From Puniceicoccaceae bacterium (GTDB lineage Bacteria; Verrucomicrobiota; Verrucomicrobiia; Opitutales; Coraliomargaritaceae): 31,571 bases of DNA. The notes below the pieces were generated by a model. The model made no database searches. It saw only the letters and a program-made list of their open reading frames with translations, and was not told where the DNA came from. The stretch lies in NCBI GenBank assembly GCA_011522825.1, contig WTIG01000044.1, positions 1 to 31,571 on the forward strand. Direction: 5' to 3'. Shown in pieces: positions 1 through 8,935 of this stretch (position 1 is the stretch's first letter; each line of letters opens with the position of its first letter). Both the position numbers and the translations under genes were made by a program.

Positions 1-381
1 AAACCAGACTGCATGACTGCAGGTGTTTGCGGTGCAGTGATCAGTCGATTTGAAGCTGAGGGCTTCCAAATAGAGGCGGCCAAAATTAAGCAGTTAGATG
101 ATGCATTACTCAAAGAACACTATGCACACGTTTCAGATCTTCCATTTTTCCCCGAAATCGTAGCCTTTATGAGTAGTGCTCCTGTATTGGTCTTGCTGTT
201 AAAAGGTGAGTCTGTGATTGGCCGAGTGCGAGATTTGCTCGGACCAACTAATTCATTAGAGGCACCAAAAGGAACGATCCGCGGTGATCTCGGTACGGAT
301 AGAATGCGAAATGTCGTTCACGCATCGGACAGCCCAGAAAATGCGCTTATTGAGAAAAAACGCTTTTTCCCTGAGTTGTAG
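1..381 (+). CDS. ndk: Nucleoside diphosphate kinase, 5'-truncated by the window edge
   Basis: Frame is open from base 1 (KPDCMTAGVCGAVISRFE), so the ATG at 13 is internal. It contains the NDK motifs KPD, GPT..APKGTIRGD and NVVHASDS with the phospho-His. Confidence 0.95.
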   Translation, partial: KPDCMTAGVCGAVISRFEAEGFQIEAAKIKQLDDALLKEHYAHVSDLPFFPEIVAFMSSAPVLVLLLKGESVIGRVRDLLGPTNSLEAPKGTIRGDLGTDRMRNVVHASDSPENALIEKKRFFPEL

Positions 382-401
382 TTTTTAATCATATATTTGT
401 T

Positions 402-884
402 TTGGTAAAAATTAAAACAGGTTTAGGGCTTGATAGTCACCGCTTCAACGAAGACCCATCCGTTGAAAAGTCTCTGATTTTAGGTGGTATGGAGTTTGAG
501 AGTGAGCTATCCTTAAAAGGCAATAGCGATGCCGATGTTGTTTTACATGCGATTACGGATGCAATAAGTAGTATTACGGGTAATACGATTATTGGAGCCA
601 AGGCGGACGAGCTCTGCCAAAAAGGGATCACCGATAGTCGTGAATACCTGAAATTAGCCCTTTCTGATTTGGGTGATGCGACTATCTCACATGTGGCTAT
701 CGCATTAGAATGCCAACAACCAAAAATTGATCCTCTAGTAGAGCCGATGCGAACTTCAATTGCTGAGCTATTAGGTATTGCTTTTACCGATGTCGGGATC
801 ACTGCAACCAGTGGTGAAGCCTTAAGCGATGTCGGCCGCGGACTCGGAATTCATTGCACAGCAATAGTCACCGTAGTCGCATAG
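402..884 (+). CDS. ispF: 2-C-methyl-D-erythritol 2,4-cyclodiphosphate synthase
   Basis: GLDSHRF (Zn ligands D-x-H), LILGG, NSDADVVLHAITDAI and ATSGE..GRGLGI; 160 aa; TTG start. Confidence 0.9.
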   Translation: MVKIKTGLGLDSHRFNEDPSVEKSLILGGMEFESELSLKGNSDADVVLHAITDAISSITGNTIIGAKADELCQKGITDSREYLKLALSDLGDATISHVAIALECQQPKIDPLVEPMRTSIAELLGIAFTDVGITATSGEALSDVGRGLGIHCTAIVTVVA

Positions 885-903
885 GATTTAAGTCGGTACT
901 CGC

Positions 904-1290
904 TCAGTGTTCAAGTATTTCTACTTCATATCCGTCAGGATCGGTGATGAAAGCCATTTTTTTACCATCGATTAATTTTTCACGCCAATTAGATGGCCAT
1001 AAATCGATGCTTAAATCCAAAGATTCTAGATAATCACAATAAGCTATAATGTCATCAACTCGTATGCAGGTATGCACCAAATCTTCTGGAAATTCTACTT
1101 TGAAATCGGGCGAGTAGGTGAGTTCAAGTTTGTGATCGGAATCAGGGATTTTTAAATGGGCGAGTTCATTGCCTGAGGGGGATTTATCCGTTCGTCTTAA
1201 AACTTCAAAACCACATGTTTTCTTGTACCAATCAATAGAGGCTTCCAAATTTGAAACACGAATACGAGTATGATCAAAAGTAATCTTCAT
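904..1290 (-). CDS. VOC/glyoxalase-family protein (lactoylglutathione lyase-like)
   Basis: From the ATG at 1290: FDHTRIRVSNLEASIDWY, LELTY, HTCIRVDDI, AFITDPDGYEVEILE. It has the H/E/H/E metal-ligand pattern of glyoxalase I; 128 aa. The longer ORF-track start overlaps lexA. Confidence 0.85.
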   Translation of the reverse strand: MKITFDHTRIRVSNLEASIDWYKKTCGFEVLRRTDKSPSGNELAHLKIPDSDHKLELTYSPDFKVEFPEDLVHTCIRVDDIIAYCDYLESLDLSIDLWPSNWREKLIDGKKMAFITDPDGYEVEILEH

Positions 1291-1327
1291 AAGTCTAATC
1301 CTACAGGATTTAAAAGAAGTACAAGAC

Positions 1328-1984
1328 TTAAAGTGCTCGAACCACTGCCTTAGCCACACCTTGAATCTCTAAATTATTAAGAGGGTGGAGGTCAGGGTAG
1401 TTTTTGTTCTCGGCTTTTAAATAGGGTGGCTCTCCAGCTTTTTGAATCAATCGCTTCAAAGTCACTTCACCGTCAATTAATGCCGCTACAATATCGCCAT
1501 CTCTGGCTTCTCTTGGCTCTATGATCACACGGTCTCCATCATAAATTTGAGCATCGATCATACTGTCACCTCTCACTTCTAGGGCAAAAGACTGTTTTCG
1601 ACTGGCGTTGGTAAAGCCTGCATTTTGGATATCAACTTGTAATCTACCAATAGCACCAGAAGACTCAACTCGGTCGGGATAGCCAGCAGCAATCGCTCCA
1701 TAGACGGGAATTTCCACTACTTCACTCGCATTCTCGGGAATTTCAGATTCAAACGAGGCTTGAGGTTTGTCAGGGCGATTGATTCTAAAAGTACGGGCTT
1801 GTCCAGGAATTCGCTCTATAGCTCCTTTTCTTTCGAGGGCACGCAGGTGTCCCATCACTGCATTTGTACTTTTATAGTCAAATTCCATTTGGATATTACG
1901 AATACTCGGCCAAAAGCCATGTCTCCATTCATAATTGGTGATAAAATCCAAAATTTCTATCTGTCGAGTCGTCAATTCTTTCAT
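1328..1984 (-). CDS. lexA: SOS repressor LexA
   Basis: N-terminal wHTH (LTTRQIEILDFI...PSIRNI...HLRALERKG), Ala-Gly cleavage site (AIAAGYP), catalytic Ser (GDSM) and Lys (TLKR). Start taken at MKELTTRQ, 218 aa. Confidence 0.95.
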   Translation of the reverse strand: MKELTTRQIEILDFITNYEWRHGFWPSIRNIQMEFDYKSTNAVMGHLRALERKGAIERIPGQARTFRINRPDKPQASFESEIPENASEVVEIPVYGAIAAGYPDRVESSGAIGRLQVDIQNAGFTNASRKQSFALEVRGDSMIDAQIYDGDRVIIEPREARDGDIVAALIDGEVTLKRLIQKAGEPPYLKAENKNYPDLHPLNNLEIQGVAKAVVRAL

Positions 1985-1986
1985 AG

Positions 1987-2008
1987 TGTACATATGAATA
2001 GGTGAACA
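1987..2008. promoter_or_regulatory. Candidate LexA autoregulatory operator (two overlapping degenerate boxes)
   Basis: TGTAC-ATAT-GAATA (1987-2000) has 2 mismatches to the reported Verrucomicrobia LexA motif TGTTC-N4-GAACA. TGAAT-AGGT-GAACA (1995-2008) has one perfect half-site. The site is 2 bp from the lexA ATG, with a TTGACA on the - strand at 2024-2019. Confidence 0.65.
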
Positions 2009-2080
2009 GTTGTGCATTTGTCAATATTCAATTTAGCATTGTCAAAATAATGTACGGAATAAAAGTATCTATTCATAAGT

Positions 2081-3910
2081 ATGTCTTTGTCTTTTTCGCA
2101 CAATATACACTCCATAATACTTTCTTCAGTTGTGCTGTTGAGTCTTCTGAACCTAGGTTGCGAACGGGTTATTCAATACGAGAGAACACATCACCCATTA
2201 CCTGAGGGTGTCGACATCTCGGATTGTGAAACGGGGGACTATGGTGGCATTTTTATTTTAAACGAGACCACTCAGCCAACTACGTTTAATCCGCTTGTTC
2301 CTAATAACTTGAGCACAAGCATGGTGCTATCGCGCCTTTTGAGTAACTTAGTTGAGTTTAATCCCAAAACTGAATTATTCGAGCCTGCACTAGCCGAATC
2401 TTGGACAGTCACTGAGGATGGGCTATCCTATACCTTTAATTTGCGAAAGGGTTTGCTCTGGAGTGATGGTCATCCCTTCACTGCTGAAGATGTGATTTTT
2501 ACCTTCGATTGTATTTTATCCGAAGTTATTGATGAAGAAACGGGAGAAAAACGGCCACGTTATCCATCTCGTTATTATCAACAGTTTCATATTAATGGCG
2601 TGCCGATTGAATACACGCTAATAGATGCACACACGGTACGGTTTGATTTACCAACCACTTACGCACCTTTCTTATATGATATCGGGGTGGCACTTTTACC
2701 CAAACATATTTTGGGTGAGGCTTTTGATTCGGGTTCTTTTATGAAAGAATGGACGACACAAACGGCCATTGAATCTCCCGAAGCGATTGTCGGTCTCGGC
2801 CCATTTAAGATATTTTCCTACAAGCCAGGAGAGCGATTGGTGCTAGAGCCGAATCCCCATTACTGGCGTGCCGATCGTGCAGGGCAACGCTTACCTTATT
2901 TGGATTATCTGGTGATCAAGTTTGTGTCTGAGGCTAATACAGCAATTGCCCATTTTGCTACGGGCAAGAGTGATGCGTCTGGTGTAGGTGCAGACGATTA
3001 TGAATGGGTGAAAAAGGCGGCAGATGTTTATGATTTTTCCATCACTAATCGTGGGCCCTCTTCTAGCGTAAACTTTTTTTGGTTTAATCAAAATCCTGAG
3101 TCTTCGGAAGATGGAGTGCCTTATGTCGAACCGTATAAATTTGCTTGGTTCAGCGACAAGCGTTTTCGGAAGGCCATTTTGCATGGCTTTAATCGTAAAG
3201 GGATTATTGATGCGGTTTTGTTTGGAAAGGGCGAACCCTTACACTCAATCATACCACCGGCACAGGGTGAGTGGCATAATCCAAAGGTAAATAAATATGA
3301 GTATTCCCAAGAAAAAGCACGTGAACTCTTTAAAGCGATTGGTTTCACATGGAATAGTGAAGGGCAGTTATTGGATGCTTTTGGCAATCAAGTTTCTTTT
3401 AATCTCTTACTGGTTGAAAGTGCCAGTTACGATCAAATTGGAATCACTTTTGTTGAAAACATGAAAGATTTAGGGATTGAGGTTCGTTTAGAGCGAGCCG
3501 ACTTTGCTACGCTTCTTAAACGTACCGATGGCACTTTTGATTATGATATGACTATCCTTGGCTGGGGTTCTTCGAGTGCAGCCTATGATCCGTCTGGGAG
3601 TAAGGCACTTTATTTAAGCAGTGGTAAATATCACATGTGGTATCCCAATCAAAAGACACCGGCAACAGAATGGGAAGCGAGAATCGATACTTTAATCAAA
3701 CTCCAAGAACAAACTCTAGATCGCAAACAACGCATCGCTTATATGCACGAGGTGCAGGCGATTCTATCCGATGAACTTCCACTGCTCTTTGGTTATTCGC
3801 CTTATAGTTATGCAGGCATAAAAAACAAATGGAGAAATGTTTATGTTCCCAAAACGGGGACTATTCTTTGGAACATTGATGAAATATGGGAAGGAGTGGA
3901 ACAGCCTTAA
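2081..3910 (+). CDS. ABC transporter substrate-binding protein, family 5 (peptide/nickel), probable lipoprotein
   Basis: Hydrophobic N-terminus ending LGC, then PTTFNP, EPALAESW..DGLSYTFNLRKGLLWSDGHPFTAEDVIFT, GLGPF and FRKAILHGFNR; 609 aa. Confidence 0.92.
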   Translation: MSLSFSHNIHSIILSSVVLLSLLNLGCERVIQYERTHHPLPEGVDISDCETGDYGGIFILNETTQPTTFNPLVPNNLSTSMVLSRLLSNLVEFNPKTELFEPALAESWTVTEDGLSYTFNLRKGLLWSDGHPFTAEDVIFTFDCILSEVIDEETGEKRPRYPSRYYQQFHINGVPIEYTLIDAHTVRFDLPTTYAPFLYDIGVALLPKHILGEAFDSGSFMKEWTTQTAIESPEAIVGLGPFKIFSYKPGERLVLEPNPHYWRADRAGQRLPYLDYLVIKFVSEANTAIAHFATGKSDASGVGADDYEWVKKAADVYDFSITNRGPSSSVNFFWFNQNPESSEDGVPYVEPYKFAWFSDKRFRKAILHGFNRKGIIDAVLFGKGEPLHSIIPPAQGEWHNPKVNKYEYSQEKARELFKAIGFTWNSEGQLLDAFGNQVSFNLLLVESASYDQIGITFVENMKDLGIEVRLERADFATLLKRTDGTFDYDMTILGWGSSSAAYDPSGSKALYLSSGKYHMWYPNQKTPATEWEARIDTLIKLQEQTLDRKQRIAYMHEVQAILSDELPLLFGYSPYSYAGIKNKWRNVYVPKTGTILWNIDEIWEGVEQP

Positions 3911-3942
3911 TCACGGACATCAATTAATTCAATTACCCAACC

Positions 3943-6246
3943 ATGTGGCGATTTATTTTCAGGCGTTTATTTATTTTAATTCCATTATTATTTGGAGTGA
4001 GCTTGCTTGTCTCGCTATTGATGTATTTGTCGCCTGGTGATTTTTTAACTCAGGCACGAGCGGCAAAGGATATTGATCCAAATTTTATTGAGCAGATGGA
4101 GCATCAATTAGGCTTAGTCGATGCCGCAGGAAATCCTACGCCTTGGTTTGTTCAGTATGGGCATTGGTTGGCCAATGTTTCTCCAATAAAATATGGGCCA
4201 TGGGTGGGTGAACCCGATAAAGGGCTCTTTTTTGGAAGTCCTTACTTCGGCGAATCGTGGACCTATAAAGTTGAGGTATTTGATTTATTAAAACAACGGG
4301 TACCCGCGACATTTATTCTTTCCTTAAGTTCGATTCTTTTCGCATGGACGATTGCCATTCCATTGGGAATTTTAGCCGCCATGTATAAAGATTCGATCTT
4401 TGATCGAGTGTCCGCTTTTTTAGCGTATGCAGCCCTGTCTATTCCCGAATTTTTTCTCGCCATTTTAGCGGTTTATTTTGCTGCGGTTACGGGCTTATTT
4501 CCCGAGGGTGGGCGATCGTCGGTCGAAAGTGAATTTCTGCCTATGGGCTTACAGATGGTCGATTATTTACACCATTTGATTTTACCCACGATTGTATTGG
4601 GTATCGGAGGTATTGCTGGAACCATGCGAATTATGCGTGCTAATTTTATCGACAGCATGCGGGCGGAGTTTGTGACCACGGCTCGAGCCAAAGGTCTTCG
4701 AGAGGGTATCATCATGTTTGTTCATGTGTTTCGAAATGCGATCAATCCCTTGATCACATCATTAGGCTATGCTTTTGCCAGTTTGTTATCGGGTGCCTTG
4801 CTGGTTGAAAATGTTATGAACTACCCAGGTCTTGGTCAGTTGATTTATGACGCACTCATTCGAGAAGATCAATACGTGGTAATGGCTGGAGTCTTGGTTG
4901 GCGTAACTTTGTTAGCTTTGGGTAATCTACTGGCCGATTTATTATTAGGATGGGTAGACCCTCGCATTCGAGTCGAATCGGAAGAGACATCTTCCAAGAA
5001 GAAAAATACCCATTACAGTCAATGGCTATTTTTAATCCTTTTCGCTCTGATCGGTGGGGAAATTTTACTAGAGTCTTATTTTCCTTCAGGTTTATTAGTG
5101 ATTGCACAGTGTTTAAAGTGGGTCGGGCTCCTTATTGTTGCTTTGATTGCTTTAGCTTGTATCGCCATGGTTGCTTATTTGTTGTTTGTAATGGCGAAGC
5201 GTTTATTGATTCCGATTTTTAAGCGTACCTCTGGAGCGATTGCTTTTTCTGTTCTCGCCATATTATATTTTTTCTCGGGCTTTGCATCCTTTTTTGCCCC
5301 GTATTCAGTCTCTGAGCAAAACCTCAGTTTTCCATACCATCCGCCTTCAAATATTCAATTCGTAGAAGGGCATTTCGAAGTCAACTTGATGGAAAGAGTC
5401 CAGGTGGGTGTCGCCCAGTATCAAGCGACTGGCGAAACGGCACGGCTTGAATTTTTCTCCAAGTCAGAACCCTATCAGCTCTTTGGTTTCATCCCCATGT
5501 CTTATAAGTTTGTTCAATTAGAGTCTGAGGATGCAAACAATCGTTTTTATTTGCTCGGCTCGGATTCGACAGGGCGAGATATTTTTAGTCGGCTCTTATA
5601 TGGTTCTCAAATTTCCTTATCGATTGGATTAATTGGGATTTCGATTACGCTTGTCTTAGGTTTTATTGTCGGGGCTATTGCTGGCTACTACGGTGGTTGG
5701 GTTGACTTCTCTGCAATGCGACTGGTTGAATTATTAATGTCGATACCGGGGCTTTATCTATTATTGGCATTGCGTTCCGCCTTTATGCAACCAGAGCTTT
5801 CGCCTGTCCAAGTGTATACAATCATTGTCGTTATATTGTCCGTAATTGGTTGGGCGGGTACCGCTCGAATCATTCGGGGTATGACTTTATCCTTGCGAAA
5901 AAGGCCCTTTGTTCAAGCGGCTGAAAGTTTTGGCGTTCCCGTATGGTTGATTTTAATACGACACATTTTGCCCAATATCGCTAGTTATTTATTAGTCGCA
6001 GCAACACTTTCAATTCCAGGTTATATTTTAGCTGAAGCCGCTTTATCTTTTTTAGGATTAGGAATCTCTGAGCCGTCCGCTTCGTGGGGATTGATGCTCA
6101 AACAATCTCAAGGTAATATGATCGTCTTTTTCATGAACTTTTGGTGGATGCTTTTGCCAGGAGTGGCTATTTTTGTGACGGTCGTGGCTTACAATGTTTT
6201 AGGAGACGTGTTGCGAGATATTGTTGATCCAAAGATGAAGCTTTGA
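3943..6246 (+). CDS. Fused OppB/DppB-OppC/DppC-type ABC permease
   Basis: aa 1-343 are OppB-like (EAA loop TARAKGL, NYPGLG, DPRIR). aa ~427-767 are OppC-like (LGSDSTGRDIFSRLLYG, EAA loop AAESFG..RHILPN, LSFLGLG, DPK). One uninterrupted 767-aa frame. Confidence 0.9.
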   Translation: MWRFIFRRLFILIPLLFGVSLLVSLLMYLSPGDFLTQARAAKDIDPNFIEQMEHQLGLVDAAGNPTPWFVQYGHWLANVSPIKYGPWVGEPDKGLFFGSPYFGESWTYKVEVFDLLKQRVPATFILSLSSILFAWTIAIPLGILAAMYKDSIFDRVSAFLAYAALSIPEFFLAILAVYFAAVTGLFPEGGRSSVESEFLPMGLQMVDYLHHLILPTIVLGIGGIAGTMRIMRANFIDSMRAEFVTTARAKGLREGIIMFVHVFRNAINPLITSLGYAFASLLSGALLVENVMNYPGLGQLIYDALIREDQYVVMAGVLVGVTLLALGNLLADLLLGWVDPRIRVESEETSSKKKNTHYSQWLFLILFALIGGEILLESYFPSGLLVIAQCLKWVGLLIVALIALACIAMVAYLLFVMAKRLLIPIFKRTSGAIAFSVLAILYFFSGFASFFAPYSVSEQNLSFPYHPPSNIQFVEGHFEVNLMERVQVGVAQYQATGETARLEFFSKSEPYQLFGFIPMSYKFVQLESEDANNRFYLLGSDSTGRDIFSRLLYGSQISLSIGLIGISITLVLGFIVGAIAGYYGGWVDFSAMRLVELLMSIPGLYLLLALRSAFMQPELSPVQVYTIIVVILSVIGWAGTARIIRGMTLSLRKRPFVQAAESFGVPVWLILIRHILPNIASYLLVAATLSIPGYILAEAALSFLGLGISEPSASWGLMLKQSQGNMIVFFMNFWWMLLPGVAIFVTVVAYNVLGDVLRDIVDPKMKL

Positions 6247-6276
6247 TTATTTAAGCGAAACAAGTATGTATTATTT

Positions 6277-7113
6277 ATGTCGAAATTATTAACAGTTGAG
6301 CAATTGAAAATAGGATTTGGTTCGGGTGACTCAATAAATGAAGTGGTCCATGGGATCGATTTCGACATCGAAGCCGGTGGTGAAACCGTTGCTATTCTTG
6401 GAGAAAGCGGAAGTGGAAAAAGTGTCAGTTGCTTGGCTTTGACTCGGCTACTTCCAACCGATGCGAATTGTTCGGTTTCCGGTTCAATTATTTTTGATGG
6501 TAAGGATGTTTTATCATTAGAGGATTCTGCCTTGCGAAAAATTCGTGGTGGTGGAATTGCTTATATTTTCCAAGAGCCTTCTGCGTCTTTAAATCCTGTT
6601 TTTACGATTGGCTTTCAAATAGCAGAAGCCGTGCGATTGCATAGACCGGATATTAGCGATGTCGAAGGACGGGTGATTGAGCTTTTAGAACTCGTAGGGA
6701 TTCGGGAGGCAAAACTTCGTTACCGTTCTTATCCCCATGAGTTAAGTGGGGGAATGCAACAACGGGTCGTCATTGCCATGGCATTGGCGTGCGAGCCGAA
6801 ACTATTGGTGGCTGACGAACCGACTACGGCTCTAGACGTTACCATACAGGCTCAGATTTTAGATTTGCTCAGGAAGCTTCGAAGTCAGTTAGGCATGAGT
6901 ATTTTATTGATCACTCATAATTTTGGAATCGTTAAAGGTTTTGCCGATCGTGTTTTAGTGATGTACCGAGGCAATATTGTGGAATCAGGAAGCGTTGAAA
7001 CAATTTTGTCGAATCCTCAGCATCCCTACACAAAAGCCTTGATTGCTTGTATTCCAAAGTTGGGAGATCGCAGAGAGCGTTTAACGACTATCGGTGACGC
7101 ACTCGATGATTAA
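6277..7113 (+). CDS. Peptide ABC transporter ATP-binding protein (OppD/DppD-like, short C-terminus)
   Basis: Walker A GESGSGKS, Q-loop FQEP, signature LSGGM, Walker B LLVADEPT, H-loop ITH and HPYT; 278 aa. Confidence 0.93.
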   Translation: MSKLLTVEQLKIGFGSGDSINEVVHGIDFDIEAGGETVAILGESGSGKSVSCLALTRLLPTDANCSVSGSIIFDGKDVLSLEDSALRKIRGGGIAYIFQEPSASLNPVFTIGFQIAEAVRLHRPDISDVEGRVIELLELVGIREAKLRYRSYPHELSGGMQQRVVIAMALACEPKLLVADEPTTALDVTIQAQILDLLRKLRSQLGMSILLITHNFGIVKGFADRVLVMYRGNIVESGSVETILSNPQHPYTKALIACIPKLGDRRERLTTIGDALDD

Positions 7114-7137
7114 TCATGCTGAAGCCTAAGGGCCTTT

Positions 7138-8016
7138 TTATAAAACAGGGTCAAAGGCATCCCTAAAAGCATCACCAATAAAATTGAGTGATAAAATCGT
7201 CAGAGAGAAAAAGATCGATGGGAAGATCAGAAGCCATGGATAAACATCAAATTTTTGCGCCCCTTCATTGATCAAGCTTCCCCATGATGCTAGAGGTGCT
7301 TGAACACCTAAGCCTAAGAAGCTGATCACCGATTCTAATAGAATTACTGAGGGAATGGTCAAAGTAGCAAAGACGATTACAGGGCTGATCAAATTACGAA
7401 GAATGTGTTTAGTAATAATTTGGTGGTGGGGCAGGCCATTCAGTTGTGCCGCTTGGACAAAAGCTTGGGTTTTTATATTTCGTGTTTCCCCTCGAACGAT
7501 TCTCGCTAAGGTCAACCATTCCACTGCACCGATTGCGAGGAAAATTAAAACCAGACTTCGGCCAAATAATACCGTTAGCAAGATGACCATAATCGTGAAG
7601 GGCAGAGCATACAAGGTATCGACAAATCGCATCATCAGTGCATCGGTTTTTTTACCGACATAACCTGCAATCATTCCGTAAGTCGTTCCAATAATTAAGG
7701 CGACAGCCGTAGCCAAAAATCCGACAAAGATTGATATTTGTCCCCCGACTAAAGTGCGTATGAGTAAATCACGTCCAAGAACATCTGTACCAAAGAGATG
7801 TACGACCGAAGGGGCACTGGCTCCGATAGAGAGTTGGGTTGTTTCGTAGGAGTGCGGTATAAAAAAAGGCCCGATGAAACATAAAGCTGAAAGGGTTAAA
7901 AAGAGGGTAAATCCAATTCGTGCATTATTCGACTTGCACAGCGTTTGCCAAAGATTTGTTGGTACGCTGCCGGCTCTTTTTGAAAGCTCAAGTTTCTCTT
8001 TTTTTGAATTAATCAC
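7138..8016 (-). CDS. oppC: Oligopeptide ABC permease, OppC-type
   Basis: FGTDVLGRDLL, ARIVRG, EAA loop AAQLNG..KHILRN, SFLGLGVQAPLASWG, GDAFRDAFDP; GTG start. Confidence 0.9.
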   Translation of the reverse strand: MINSKKEKLELSKRAGSVPTNLWQTLCKSNNARIGFTLFLTLSALCFIGPFFIPHSYETTQLSIGASAPSVVHLFGTDVLGRDLLIRTLVGGQISIFVGFLATAVALIIGTTYGMIAGYVGKKTDALMMRFVDTLYALPFTIMVILLTVLFGRSLVLIFLAIGAVEWLTLARIVRGETRNIKTQAFVQAAQLNGLPHHQIITKHILRNLISPVIVFATLTIPSVILLESVISFLGLGVQAPLASWGSLINEGAQKFDVYPWLLIFPSIFFSLTILSLNFIGDAFRDAFDPVL

Positions 8017-8926
8017 GATTTAATTTTGGGTTCATCCAGATTTGGATTAAGTCAACGATGAGGTTAAATAAAATAATTAAAGCGGCATAAAAGAGAACGG
8101 TTCCCATGACCATGGTATCGTCTCTATTGAAAGCTGAATTGACGAAGAAGCTTCCTAAGCCAGGAATGAAAAATAAGGTTTCAACGACAAACGATCCTGA
8201 AATCATACCTGCCACCGCAGGCCCTAGATAGGACACAACTGGGCTCAGTGCTGATCGCAAAGTATGAACAAAGAGTATCCGAATTTTGGACAGTCCTTTG
8301 GCTCTGGCCGTTTGAATATAGGGATGCTTCAAAACATCTAAGGTGCCACTACGAGTCAATCGAGCGATAAAGGAGGCATAAAATAAACCTAAAGTAAAAG
8401 CAGGTAAGATACGGTCACTGAATGAATTCCAACCAAAGGGATTGAACCAACCTAACTCAGTCGAAAAAACCAAAAGTAAAAGCGGACCCAAAACAAATGC
8501 GGGCAAACAAATTCCAATCAGAGCTAGGCTCATAAAGACAATTTCCATCGGCTTTTTGTGAAAGAGTGCGGATAAAATTCCAAGAGGTACCCCGATTAAA
8601 ATAGCAATGATCAAAGCATACAAACCAAGCTCTAACGAAACCGGAAAAGCTTGGGCAATGATTTCATCTACATCCCAGCCAGCATATTTATAGGACGGTC
8701 CAAAGTCACCCTGAAGGCGTTTTACAATAAATTGTATGTACTGTTCATGGATCGGCTTATCCATGCCATAGTGAGCTTCGATCAACTTCTTGATTTCAGG
8801 AGTCACGGGTTTCTCTTGATCGAAGGGCCCCCCAGGAGTCAGTTGCATGAGAATAAACGTCAGTGTTGCTATAATCCAAAGTGTTGGAATAGCTTGTGCG
8901 AGTCGTCTGATGCTTAATTGTAACAC
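8009..8926 (-). CDS. oppB: Oligopeptide ABC permease, OppB-type
   Basis: PGGPFDQEK, GDFGPSYKY, PVSLELG, TARAKGL, ETLFFIPGLG; 305 aa; GTG start. Confidence 0.92.
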   Translation of the reverse strand: MLQLSIRRLAQAIPTLWIIATLTFILMQLTPGGPFDQEKPVTPEIKKLIEAHYGMDKPIHEQYIQFIVKRLQGDFGPSYKYAGWDVDEIIAQAFPVSLELGLYALIIAILIGVPLGILSALFHKKPMEIVFMSLALIGICLPAFVLGPLLLLVFSTELGWFNPFGWNSFSDRILPAFTLGLFYASFIARLTRSGTLDVLKHPYIQTARAKGLSKIRILFVHTLRSALSPVVSYLGPAVAGMISGSFVVETLFFIPGLGSFFVNSAFNRDDTMVMGTVLFYAALIILFNLIVDLIQIWMNPKLNRD

Positions 8927-8935
8927 GTTGAAAAA

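Noticed and set aside
3862-3875. TATTC-TTTG-GAACA, a one-mismatch LexA-like box 67 bp upstream of the fused permease
   Set aside because: It lies inside the SBP coding sequence with no promoter evident, and about one such hit is expected by chance.
7114-7137. Possible bidirectional terminator between the convergent ABC operons
   Set aside because: Only a 3-bp stem (GCC-TAAG-GGC); too weak to call.
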